NCBI GenBank assembly: GCA_000934665.2
Contig: KZ538291.1
Span: forward strand, 62,001-86,205
Direction: 5' to 3'
DNA: 24,205 nt
From: Catajapyx aquilonaris
Taxonomy: Eukaryota
A program made the translations under genes and the position numbers. The notes beneath the pieces were generated by a model. It searched no databases, was not told where the DNA came from, and saw nothing but the letters and a program-made list of their open reading frames with translations. Position 1 is the stretch's first letter, and every line of letters begins with the position of its first letter. This document shows, piece after piece, positions 1 to 11,004 of the stretch.

Positions 1-167
1 CTTCTTGATAGATGCTATCAGGCGATATCAGTTATCATGAAGTGATCCCCATAACTAGGAACACCCTGTATTTTACTCGAATTATTTTTCACCTTTTCAC
101 TCCTTCTGATAAGCTCTTCGACATCAGCCTCCTGTACTAATTCCTGTAATAATTCAAGTAAAATACA

Positions 168-240
168 TAGGGTGTTCCGAGTTCTTCATAGCTGCTATTG
201 GGCGATATCAAGAAGTTATCCCCGAACTTGGACCACCCTG
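168..240. mobile_element. Mini-MITE with Tc1/mariner-like (CAGGGTG) termini
   Basis: tagggtgttccgagttc (168-184) is the near reverse complement of gaacttggaccaccctg (224-240). A second, left-truncated copy at 1-70 ends ggaacaccctgta. The TA-CAGGGTG end motif is typical of Tc1/mariner-type MITEs; the family call is by motif only. Confidence 0.55.
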
Positions 241-394
241 TGAATTTTTGGCTTCACTTTCACCACTTTTCACCACTTTTCACCACTTTTCACCACTTTT
301 CACCAACTTTTTCACCTTTTCACTCCTTCTGATCAGCTCTTCGCCATCAGCATTCCTCTGTACCTCCTGGCTTTGATAATGATGGCGAAGAGCT

Positions 395-617
395 CTGTCG
401 TTAGATAGGAGAGGATCGTAACTCAATGTCCACTTCCCCTTGCGGCGAGATTAAAAGCAGTGGTACCAAAAGCACCCAACAGGTGGAGTTGGGGTGCCGT
501 TCCTTTTTCCCCCTTCCCCAAACGCCACCTCTTGGATGCTTTCGGTAACACTTGCTATCTTTTCTCGCCGCAAGGGAAGTTGATAATGAGTTACGGTCCT
601 CTCACATCTGACGGCAG
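395..617. mobile_element. Foldback/MITE with ~100-bp arms, flanked by AGCT direct repeat
   Basis: Left arm ctgtcgttagataggagaggatcgtaactc...aggtggagttgggg pairs with right arm ccccaaacgccacct...gagttacggtcctctcacatctgacggcag. AGCT occurs at 391-394 and 618-621. Confidence 0.8.
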
Positions 618-938
618 AGCTTATCTGAAGTAGTGAAAAGGTGAAAAATGTGGTGAAAAATAGTTGGAATAATAATAATAATTAGGTAAAATATACTGGA
701 AAAGGTCAGGAAAACAACATGATAATACAAGGATCAAGGCCAGAGGGAGGCTATGGCGAAGAGCCAATCAGAATGAGTGAAGATGTGACAATTAGACAAT
801 ACTTGAAAATATCAGGTCAACAATAGGATGAGGCTCGAAAGAATAGCGATGAGTACCTGACAATACAAGGATCTAAGGATCAGTGGGGCTCGGAAAGGAT
901 CAAGTGAATCAGATAAAGATCATAAGGTCAGGTTGAGT

Positions 939-1280
939 CACGGAGCCTTGAGTAACTCACGTTGCCTTGAGTAACTCACGTTGCCTTGAGTAACTCACGT
1001 TGCCTTGAGTAACTCACGTTGCCTTGAGTAACTCACGTTGCCTTGAGTAACTCACGTTGCCTTGAGTAACTCACGTTGCCTTGAGTAACCCACGTTGCCT
1101 TGAGTAACTCACGGAGCCTTGAGTAACCCACGTTGCCTTGAGTAACTCACGGAGCCTTGAGTAACCCACGAAGCCTTGAGTAACGCACGGAGCCTTGAGT
1201 AACTCACGGAGCCTTGAGTAACTCACGGAGCCTTGAGTAACTCACGGAGCATTGAGTAACTCACGGAGCCTTGAGTAACT
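939..1280. repeat. 19-bp minisatellite, 18 copies (cacg[tt/ga]gccttgagtaact)
   Basis: Directly visible, exact 19-bp period. Each junction carries the palindrome TGAGT-A-ACTCA. Confidence 0.97.
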
Positions 1281-1335
1281 CACGGAGCCTTGAGTGACCC
1301 AAGCATAGTATGCTCGGGTCATTCAAAGCTCCGTG
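939..1335. mobile_element. Non-autonomous hAT-like element with tandemly amplified left TIR
   Basis: Termini are cacggagc...gctccgtg. An exact 8-bp direct repeat GGTTGAGT lies at 931-938 and 1336-1343. Positions 1281-1335 form a hairpin with 27-bp arms. An 8-bp TSD with CA...TG ends fits hAT, although P and Merlin also give 8-bp TSDs. Confidence 0.8.
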
Positions 1336-2286
1336 GGTTGAGTGTCCGTTCCGACATTTGACCCCAATTTTGACTAATAATATTAATGACTAACAATGAC
1401 ATTGTACCATCATTTGACATCATACACCGCAGTCAGTCCACAAATTATATCAAAGTGCTATCCCCCCAAAATGTGATCAATATTAATCACTCAAAACTAT
1501 TCGCTCAAATGAAGAGAAGCCATTTTCTGCAACGAAAATTTTACCGTCCTAATTAACCCGTGTTACGATTTCCCCTTAATGAATTCCTTTATGAATCCTG
1601 CTCATTAACTCACCGCTCATTTTAATTCCGGACCGTTAGTTCCCAACGGTCACTCCAGACGACCAATCATAATCATGGATCAACCCTAGCTGAAGGAACG
1701 ACTAAAACCTGTTGCAGTTCCTGTCATACATTGTCAAAGTTTGGGACCTAACTAATTGATTTCTCCGTTTGATCAGGATCAACCAACTGGATCTGGACTT
1801 GGCTTAATTAGGCCTAGGAGTATGTGGAAGGGTTTTCGTTAATCAAAAATGGCGTATGTGAGTGGATGTGTTTTGTTTTCAATTGAATACAGTTCTCTGG
1901 ATACAAAATGGGATCCTGGAATCATTCAATGGTGGATCCTAAAAGGGGAATGGAGATCATTATTCGAGGATTAATTTCAATGATTGGTGTACCGGTGATT
2001 AGTTTAGCTTGTTTGATGGTGGTGTTCCAACAGAAGAAATTAATTTGACATAAATATGCTGATCATATAACTTGGTTAGTTGGATTCAACAATCGATTTC
2101 AACGCATGGTGAATGATACTGATTGTTTCGATGAATTTTTGAACAGAATTAAGATGATCTGTGTGATCAATTTTTTTTGATCGAAATCCGCGATTTGATC
2201 TTGAGGATCACTGGGCTGATCATATTCGTTCTAAGAAGTCTAATACGGCTCCAGCAGACGTGATCTACGACGATAATCGGTGAAGT

Positions 2287-2892
2287 GTTGGAAATAGGAG
2301 AAATTCCGGTTGGAAATAAGATAAGCTCCAGTTGGAAATAAGAGAAACTCCAGTCGGATGTGTAAAATTGAAGTTTCGGTTGGAAATATTGAAGTTTTGG
2401 TTGGAAATAATGAAGTTTAGGTTGGAAATCATGAAGTTTAGGTTGGAAATCATGAAGTTTAGGTTGGAAATCATGAAGTTCCGGTTGAAATAAGATAAGC
2501 TCCAGTTGGAAATAAGAGAAACTGCAGTTGGAAATAAGAGAAACTCCAGTCGGATGTGTAAAATTGAAGTTTCTGTTGGAAATAATGAAGTTTAGGTTGG
2601 AAATCATGAAGTTCTGGTTGGAAATAAGAGAAACACCAGTCGGATTAGTAAAATTGAAGTTTTGGTTGGAAATAATGATGTTTAGGTTGGAAATAATAAA
2701 GTTTCGGTTGGAAATATGAGAAGCTCCAGTTGGAAATAAGAGAAACTTCTGTGTGGATTTGTAAAATTGAGGTTTCGGTTGGTAATATTCGATTGGAAAT
2801 AATGAAGTTCCGGTTGAAAATAAGAGAAGCTCCAGTTGAATGTGAAACATTGAAGCTTCGGTTGGAAATAACGACAATTCGGGTTGGAAATA
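2287..2892. repeat. Degenerate ~21-bp satellite (gttggaaataatgaagtttag) with higher-order subunits
   Basis: gttggaaat recurs about every 21 bp. The block agagaaactccagtcggatgtgtaaaattgaagttt recurs at ~2341 and 2538, with variants at ~2628 and 2739. Confidence 0.92.
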
Positions 2893-3434
2893 AGCGAAAC
2901 ATGACGACACTCCCTCCAATTTTTTTTCATATCTCTCAAAGCAGGGTGGCCCTTACATGAGAGTTTCCGACCACAGAATGACCTGGCAACTCTCCATCGT
3001 TAATATTGCGGGGAGAGAGAGAGAGAGCACCATCCATGGCGGCGGGATTATGCCTGTCTCATTGCTGCGGATGATAGAGACTCATTGCGAATTCTCCCCT
3101 CCCAGGACACTAAATATGGCCGACCGTTGATGTTGGGGACTTCGAAGTGTGTCAGCGTCAACGACCCAAGGAGAAATAGCTGGGGCCAATTCCGACGGAT
3201 TTTGAGAAATGAGCTTTTCTGGGTGGGGTGGGGTGGGGGGGATCTGGCTTGATTCCCAACCCCCCACACACAGAGGGAGAGGTTGTTATGGATATGGGGA
3301 TGGCTCCAGTATTGTTGTGGACAAGCTACACGGTTCATTTGGCTAGACTGGCGGAGTCCAATTTTGAGATAGCTAATAAGATGGATAAACTAATGCAGCG
3401 AAGGAAATAAATCTAGTAAAATAGAGACGTGCAG

Positions 3435-3653
3435 TAAATGAATGGATGAATGAATAAACCAATAAATAAATAAATAAATGATTAATCGATTGAATGAATG
3501 AAGTACAATATGTGCATAAATAAATAGATAGATAGATAGATCGATTCACTCACTCAGACAGCCAAAATCTTTCATTCATTCATTTATGCACGTAAACTTG
3601 AAATTAAATATATAATTAAATAGACTCACTCAGTCAATAATTCATTCGTGCCT

Positions 3654-3692
<39 letters not shown>

Positions 3693-3856
3693 TTCGTTTA
3701 TTAATTCATTTATTCATTCATGCTCGTAGTGTATACGTGAATGAGTGCGTGAGTCTACTTTATATTTATTTATTTACTTATGCACGTATGCGTGAAAGAA
3801 TAAATAACTAATACCATGTAAAATATATCCAGAAATGAAACAAACAAACAAACAAG
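3435..3856. repeat. Compound tetranucleotide microsatellite region (AATG, AAAT, GATA, TTTA, CAAA)
   Basis: Visible short-unit runs. A-rich units predominate on the left and T-rich units on the right. Confidence 0.8.
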
Positions 3857-4712
3857 TACATCCGGCAAATATTCAGAAAATAAGTAATAATAATCGTACT
3901 TATTCAACAATATTCAAGTGCAAGAATTTCAAGTACAAGAAACAAGAAAAATGCAAATAACAATTTGATACTAGCAAAGATACTCTGCTGTTGGGAACCC
4001 TTCCAAATCCAGCACTTTTACGCAGTTCAATAGCCCATAAAAGGACCACCCATCAGTCGATACTATCGTCTCCTTCCAGTCTCTAATTAGCACCCGCTCC
4101 CTTCTATAGAAAAAAATTAGAAATAACCATAATCCGACAACGAAAACCCGGGGGGGGGGGGGGGGNNNNGGGGAGGCAAATAGCTGCTAAAAATGGTCGG
4201 AAGAGATTATTCCTCCTCCGAAAATAATTGTTTGGAAAAGTCTAGCTAGACGCCAGGCGCATTAATTAAGGAGCCATTCGAGACAATTGCGCCTTATCAT
4301 TCCTCCAGGAAGACCAATTAAATCCCGGAGCGCCCTAGAACTAGACCCTAGAAAGACCCCCTCCCCACCCCCCACCCTAACCCACCCCGGGATGAAAATT
4401 CCTCCAAGCTATTCTAATAACATAACTTTATGTCGGAAACTTTTTGTGGATTAAATGTCTCCAGTTAACTGCACTAACTTGTTTCTAACTGTAAAACGGT
4501 TAATTGGCTGTCTCGAAAGGAATGTGTTTTTTTATTAGTATTTTCGAAGATGGCGAAGAGGGGGCGGGGGGGGGGGGGCGAAGATTGTAATCTCAATTTG
4601 CACCCTGTAAGAAATGGTCGTTTGAGTGGCGCCGGGTCGAGAGGATATCATTTGTTTAAAATGGCGTTTTGATAGTATGCAAACGATTTGAATTGTAAGG
4701 CATACTAATGGA

Positions 4713-4741
4713 GACGTTGGGGTCAATTTTGACCCCACGTC
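4713..4741. repeat. Short palindrome gacgttggggtcaa-tt-ttgaccccacgtc, possible DNA-transposon subterminal remnant
   Basis: 13-14-bp arms with one bulge, flanked by actaatg at 4704-4710 and 4742-4748. Confidence 0.6.
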
Positions 4742-5086
4742 ACTAATGATGGGCGTATACAATGAATCAAATCCAACACACAACTTTATTTAAGAAATAA
4801 AATTAATTATTCAATTTAAAATTAATCAGCATGAAATATTCCACAGCAAATCAAAAGGTAGAAATATATAATTATATTATGAGACAAAATAATAAACAAT
4901 AAATATTGATACTACAAAATATGCAAACAATATTAAATACAAAAAATAAAGAAATTCACATAAATGTAAGCATAAATACAAATATATACTTTAGGAATTA
5001 AATAATACAATATAATTAATAAATACACTGTACAAATTAAATCAATTTCGATTTTGTGATCAATTTGATAAATATATACCCTCCAA

Positions 5087-5250
5087 ATTAAACAATAATT
5101 GATAAATATATTAAAACAAATATTTGATAAATTTATTAAACAAATATTTGATAAATTTATTAAACAAATATTTGATAAATTTATTAAACAAATATTTGAT
5201 AAATTTATTAAACAAATATTTGATAAATTAAATAAATATTTGAATAAAAT
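5087..5250. repeat. 24-bp AT-rich minisatellite (ttaaacaaatatttgataaattta)
   Basis: About 5 near-perfect copies plus degenerate flanking copies. This explains the NLSNICLI peptide repeat in the ORF track. Confidence 0.93.
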
Positions 5251-5838
5251 ATCATAACCATAATGGATCAAAATAACGGCATGATACGTACCGGTACACG
5301 TGTATATGCCCCCTGAACACAATATACCTCCAGCGTTGCCAGATTTCCTGCTAACACAGTGTTGCCAATTCCATCTTCACCAGAACCATTAGACACCCAG
5401 TAGTAATTGGCACCCAGCAAATGAATAAAATTTCGCAAGTCCATTAGGGGAAACTGTGTCGCTCTCTGGCGGAAAAAACAGGAGAAGTAAGGTTGGGGGG
5501 GTGGTGAAAATGCAAAAAATATGCAGATTGGGGGGGTTGCCTTTCCTTCCAAGACGTGTTAAACCTCGCGTTTCCTTACGCATTTTGCAGGCCAGGTAAT
5601 GAAGGCCATAAATCATGGCCGACTTTGCAATTCTCTACCATGCAGGGTCGCTTACCTCTCTTATCTCCTTCGAACGGAAGGGGCCTGGAAAAAAAGAAAA
5701 GTTTCCATAAGAATCACCCTTTGTTTCGTTCCTCCGTGGTTGACTCCAGTGTCAACAATGTGAGAAAGAAAATTATGGCTAAGCCTTTCGTAACACTATA
5801 GACCTTGCAATTTTACATACCGGTATAGTTTCCTAAGA

Positions 5839-5900
5839 GTGTATTTGCTGAAGGATAGGGGTGTATCCGCTGAAGGATAGGGATGTATCCGCTGGGAAGG
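5839..5900 (+). repeat. 22-bp repeat x3 (gtgtatccgctgaaggataggg)
   Basis: Visible tandem copies; the reverse complement of the array at 6746-6842. Confidence 0.9.
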
Positions 5901-6745
5901 ACGATTAGGTAACGCAGCGTGCCTCCCTTTTCATCACTCGATCTCCCATTATGAAAGTCTTGACAAAAGAATATTCCTAAATTTTTCGGTCGGATTAATA
6001 TTTTTGTTAGTGTGCAAAAATTAGGTTTCTTTGTTTCAATGAGACCGGGCCTAATTAAAACAGGAGCATACAACGGTGGTAACAACAGCTCTCATTGTCC
6101 TGAGAGTGTTAAAAAACAAAAGTGAATGTTTCATTTGCATGTTATATTCGCATTGTATAGTCTCAACATAAATTTTTTTCTGGAAAAGCATGGATCAGAT
6201 TTAGAACCCGTTTTTGTACCTGCTGAGCACACTAATCTCTAACTTTGTAACCACCATTTCGACCATGAATTCCTCCAACTCTAGAAACCTTTACCCCTCA
6301 AAATGAGTAATTAACTCATCTCAGCAGGGTTTACATGGGACAACCTCTGAATTGAGTAAACTAGAGGATATGATTGGTGGAGAAGGAAGCTAGAAATCGG
6401 AAGGTTTATCTCCAGGGGTAAACTTATTTACGGATGGTTTGACTCACTCATCCTCTGCAGAAATGGCGAAGAAAAACATCCAGTTGTTGACACGACCGTT
6501 TTGCATATTTAAATTAATGGCAGTTGTAGCTCAACCGTGGGAGCAAACAGGGGTTGGTTCTAATCTCGATCATGATCATGTTCATCTTAATTTGAGGGGT
6601 AAATAAGTTGTTCATATAGTGGATAACTTGGAGTACTATACGGCTGAACTTTACTACGCCACGTTATAGAATAAGTTAGTGATCATGTGTATAGGCCCTA
6701 TCTGACCTACGCATATGGGCATGCGGTACCAACATAACCCATGAC

Positions 6746-6842
6746 CCTTCCTTGCGGATTCATGCCTATCCTTCAGCGGATACACACCTATCCTTCAGCG
6801 GATACACGCCTATCCTTCAGCGGATACACCCCTTTCCTCCAG
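6746..6842 (-). repeat. 22-bp repeat x4 (cctatccttcagcggatacac[a/g/c]), inverted partner of 5839-5900
   Basis: Visible tandem copies in the opposite orientation. Confidence 0.9.
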
Positions 6843-7361
6843 TGAGACCCATTGTACAGGGGGTGCCATGATGGTATCAAGGAGGTACAACTTGGACAAA
6901 CACAAAATAACTCTATTTTGAGAACTACAAAGAATCCCTCGGTACTAGATCGTGATTGAATATGATAGACTGTGTGAGTAGCACCAGTTTACAGTAGCTA
7001 TGTGGCTTTACTGTAATCAACCACATTTCGTCACAAATACGGGTCTTTGCAGTACATCAATTACATCAAAAGCCTTGTCAAAAGCACTCTGACATTTACT
7101 GTGCTGTAATATATTACATTTCCATTCCGAACGTAATGTTGCAACTCAGTACTATAAGTAGACCTCATATTTGCTGAACTCAACATGCGTCATTACTTCA
7201 AAGACACTGTACAATCTACATACATTTCTACCTGAGTAAACTCATTTAGCACTATTAACTCACTACAACTACATTGTTGCGAGTGTCCCATAAATAGTGC
7301 AAAATTTTGTTCGATGTTAAGCATTTTTACACACCTTGTGCAGAAAAGGCACTGGTGTTTG

Positions 7362-7590
7362 CGTTGCCAAGGCTGGCGGCCATTTTGAAGTGTGGACAAT
7401 GCCAACGAAGTATAAAAAGGGTACAGGCAAAAATAGGGTCCGCCATCTTTGATTCGCGCGTGTTCTTGCCGTGTAGTTGCCATGGCCGCCAAAACCATCA
7501 AAGATGGAGTACCCTATTATTGCCTGTACCCTATTTATACCTCTCGTTGGCGTTCCCCACACTTCAAAATGGCCTCCAGCCCTGGCAACG
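7362..7590. mobile_element. Foldback/MITE with ~92-bp arms
   Basis: cgttgccaaggctggcggccattttgaagtgtgg...cgccatctttgat pairs with atcaaagatgg...ccacacttcaaaatggcctccagccctggcaacg around a loop of about 44 bp. No clear TSD. Confidence 0.75.
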
Positions 7591-7665
7591 GCCCCAAACA
7601 GAGAGACGTGAGCATCAAAGGCGCCGACAGAAGTTTGCGCCTCTTATGTAGTATATGCTCGCTGT

Positions 7666-7920
7666 CAAAATGCTTTGTTTGTCATCAATGGTGCCAACCA
7701 ACTCCTTGTGAGTGCCCCACAAATTCTCATCAGTGGTGCCAACAGATTCCTTGTGAACTTCCTACAAATTGGCCGAAAATGCTCTCTGTTTGTATCAATA
7801 ATGCCAACAGCTTGTGAGTTTTCCACTAATTGGCCGAAAATGCTGTTTGTCATCAGTGATGCCAACAAACCCCTGGTGAGTGTCCCACAAATTCTCATCA
7901 GTGGTGCCAACAGACCCCTA
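7666..7920. repeat. Degenerate tandem repeat built on catcagtggtgccaac units
   Basis: Five tgccaac-anchored units; ~7666-7750 is nearly duplicated at ~7837-7915. Confidence 0.8.
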
Positions 7921-8774
7921 GCCTGTCCACAAAATTTCTGAATCTCCTAATCCTTCCAGGATTAACCCCCATGTACCTGGCTAATTCCTCCTGGCTACGC
8001 ACCCTCATTGTTATCTGGGCCCCTTACAACCCGGCCCATTGAACTCAGTTTAATTAAAAGGCTACCCCCACCGCTCTAAAAAATAGTAGAACAAGTGCTC
8101 TACATATCCCCCTGAAACTAATAGACTAATCCCCCCTCCCTCCCTCCCTTTGTCCAGATAATGAGATTCCATGGTTCCTTCTAGAGTTAATTCTAGAGCT
8201 AAGCAAACGAGGAGCGGAGCTAGACGAAGCGTTAATTATGGGATAGCCCAGGGAGACAGGACCAAATCAAATTTGCTTGGTTACCATGGAACAAAATGAG
8301 GCGAAAAAAGATACACCGGTGTAAGTTTACTCCCACCTGGTGAGCCCTACTCATTGGGCCATTTGTCTTCGCCTGACCCCCCCTATACCTGACTCGGAAA
8401 AGCTGAGAAAACGTGTTAAGTCCATGGATCAATTTGTAACCGGTGTGAGGTGTTAATAAAACGAGGGTTTAAATTATTCGGACGTGTCAGTTTCTAAACT
8501 GGACGAAAATGAAAGGAGTTGACAGGGACATGCTGCGAAAATGTCTGCATGGGACGGACATGTTGATGTGCATATTTAAACTGTGTTTCGAAAATTTGGG
8601 GGCCGAACTTCTCTAATGACAGGTCTATTATAAGCAATTAGGGAATGGACCTGGTTGTAACCTACTCTAAGCTGAGTGCAGCCATGTTGGATTGAAATTG
8701 TGTTGACAACAATGTTCGCAATATTATGAAGCTGCTACTGTAGGATCTTGCAGTTTTAATAATAATTAACGATT

Positions 8775-9365
8775 AAAATGAACCGTTTAAAAATTAGACC
8801 CGATAAAACTAGAGAGCCTTTAGGAATAAAGTCGCCAACTGGTGACGTCACGATCGTCTCTGATTGGCTGGAGTAATTATGGACTGTTTACGTGTATGGA
8901 GGCCGCCATCTTTCGGTGCTATGGAAAAAGTGACCGGCTTTGACGTCACGATCGCCTCTGATTGGCTGGAGTATGCCTCCAAAGGACACGTAAACAGTCC
9001 ATGAATACCTCAGCCAATCATATACTTGTGACGTCAGCAGTTGGCGACTCACTTAGAGCCTCTCTATACATAATACCGGAAGAATAAGGAACAAATCATA
9101 TTTAAATGTTATGAGAAATGCCGAACTATGAAAAATAGAATTATTCAGCCGGTTAAAATGTAGGAACGACCGAACCGTTTAGAAAATAAAGGGACTGCCA
9201 AAGCGTTTTAAAACAAACGACAAGAGCGTTCTAAAACTATCAAAATACTTAATCATAACAATGGAACTACTGAACTCTTCAACATACAGGAACGACAAAC
9301 TGTTTAAAAACCAAGGAGCGACGAACCGTTTAAAAACTAAGGAACGACGAACCGTTTAAAGAGTG
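8775..9365. repeat. Degenerate gaaccgtttaaaaa/ggaacgac repeat tract, host of the 8810-9066 MITE
   Basis: The motif occurs at ~8780, 9172, 9322 and 9349, with diverged copies between. Confidence 0.6.
8810..9066. mobile_element. MITE with TAGAGAG...CTCTCTA termini and long imperfect arms
   Basis: agtcgccaactggtgacgtcac...atggactgtttacgtgt pairs with acacgtaaacagtccat...gtgacgtcagcagttggcgact. An internal third copy of tgacgtcacgatcg(t/c)ctctgattggctggagta is present. The element interrupts a degenerate gaaccgtttaaaaa repeat tract. Confidence 0.8.
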
Positions 9366-10100
9366 ATAAAAATGGTCTAACGGACGAAGAATAACAAAAC
9401 TGAGCGAAACTTTGAATGTGTTCAGAAATATCTCACTGTCTGAACCGTTGTCGAGCGTCGAACCAACCCACCAACACCCTTCAGACGACAAAGTCAGTGT
9501 GGAACAGTGGCGAACTCCCGAAAGAAAAACCCCGCGTCCAAAACAAGATGCATGATCAGGGTTCTTTCCACGACCGGAAACAAATGTGCAGTTGGAAAGA
9601 CCCAGCGAATAAAACGGGACCTAGGAAAGAACAACTTCCATCCCACCCTACCCAAGAAACTCAATCGAAAACTGTTCAAGAAGTCAAACAGCTTGTTGTG
9701 CACGTCACTGACAAATGTTTTCGGAACAACTTTAAGTTTGGTTCTATTTCGCCATTATCAAACGTGTTCCAGATATATGTGTTTGGTTGGAACACGCCAA
9801 AAACTAGGACTATCTCTGGAGCATTTTAATACCGGTTATGCCGGAGTAAAATACGGCGGACACTAGGGTAATTAGTGTTAAACTGGGGAAACCTTCGTGG
9901 TCGTGTCGGCCTAATGGGGGTTAATCCGTTGACGAATGGTGCCAGCAAGTAAATAACGACACCTTTTCATGCTCCTAAAAGGTCATAATCTCCATATTTA
10001 ATTAATGTGTGATTTAGTGATGGGGGTAAAGTCCTTAATTTCATTAGTTGCTGCAGATAACGCTAAAAGTCGCTGCTACTCACACCAGAAGTAGCTGCTA

Positions 10101-10304
10101 CTGATACCTTCTGCAGTAAGTCCTTATAGCTTCTGCAGTAAGTCCTGATACCTTCTGCAGTAAGTCCTGATACCTTCTGCAGTAAGTCCTGATACCTTCT
10201 GCAGTAAGTCCTGATACCTTCTGCAGTAAGTCCTGATACCTTCTGCAGTAAGTCCTGATACCTTCTGCAGTAAGTCCTGATACCTTCTGCAGTAAGTCCT
10301 GATA
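10101..10304. repeat. 22-bp minisatellite, ~9 copies (ctgataccttctgcagtaagtc)
   Basis: Near-perfect tandem copies, continuing into degenerate gtagctgct-rich sequence to ~10620. Confidence 0.96.
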
Positions 10305-11004
10305 ACGGCTGTAGCTGATTAGCTGATTTTGACAACTTCATGCCTAGCTGCTCCTGATACCTTTTGTAGTAAGTCCTGATTACCGCTTTAGCAGTAGCTA
10401 CTTTTGATAACTAAATAAGTAGCTGATTTAGACAAGTTCATAAGTAGCTGCAACTAAAAACTGCAAGTAGCTGTTACTAATAGCTTCAAAAGTAGCTGCT
10501 TCTAAAACTGCCATTAGCTGCTACTAATAGCTTCAAAGGTAGCTGCTACTTACAACTTTAGAGGTAGCTGCAAATTTTGCACGTAGAAACTGCCGCTAAC
10601 TCGTAAATTTCTTGCTAATTTACTTTCGTAGTTAGCAGTTCAATCTAATTATAGCAGTAGGTGTTAATTGATAACATGTACTACTAATAGTAATTGCTAA
10701 AAGGTCCGCACTTTCTGTTTCTGATTACCATATTATGCTGCTCTTAGTAGCTACTCCTACGTTTGTGCTAATTTAAATTAGCGACTATAATTATCAGAAT
10801 TTTCTCCATTAACATAATACTATACAGTAATATGTATAGCAACCGCTATGGACAAATATCACATACCGGTACTGCTAAATAGCTCTGAAATGCTGATACT
10901 AACCTGCTTCTAAATTTAGTAGCGATTTAATAGCAGATATTAATTCCTATGTTACTCGTGGATTTAGTTGCAGCTACATTTTTCAATAGTTAGTAGTTAG
11001 TGCT

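Larger units (their letters stand above)
1..790. repeat. Cluster of direct and inverted copies of a ~45-bp unit (ttttcaccttttcactccttctgataagctcttcg[a/c]catcag)
   Basis: Forward copies lie at ~86-130 and ~309-350. Reverse copies lie at ~380-394 joined to 622-660, and at ~752-785. A (ttttcaccac)n 10-bp run occupies ~258-315. Confidence 0.75.

Noticed and set aside
939..1280. CRISPR-like appearance of palindromic short repeats
   Set aside because: Units are contiguous with no unique spacers, no cas genes are present, and the context looks eukaryotic.
2167..2919. 250-aa minus-strand ORF
   Set aside because: It lies almost wholly in a 21-bp satellite, overlapping ORFs occur on both strands, and no domain is recognisable.
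7018..7110. Minus-strand peptide AFDKAFDV resembling the non-LTR reverse transcriptase DxxKAFD motif
   Set aside because: It lacks the leading hydrophobic-Asp and following HxxL context, and the frame stops within about 15 codons.
9416..9866. Overlapping 137-aa and 119-aa ORFs, or a possible terminal exon after ttcag (~9425) ending at TGA ~9555 with AATAAA at ~9608
   Set aside because: No recognisable homology, a weak acceptor and no partner exons seen. RNA-seq would be needed to revive it.
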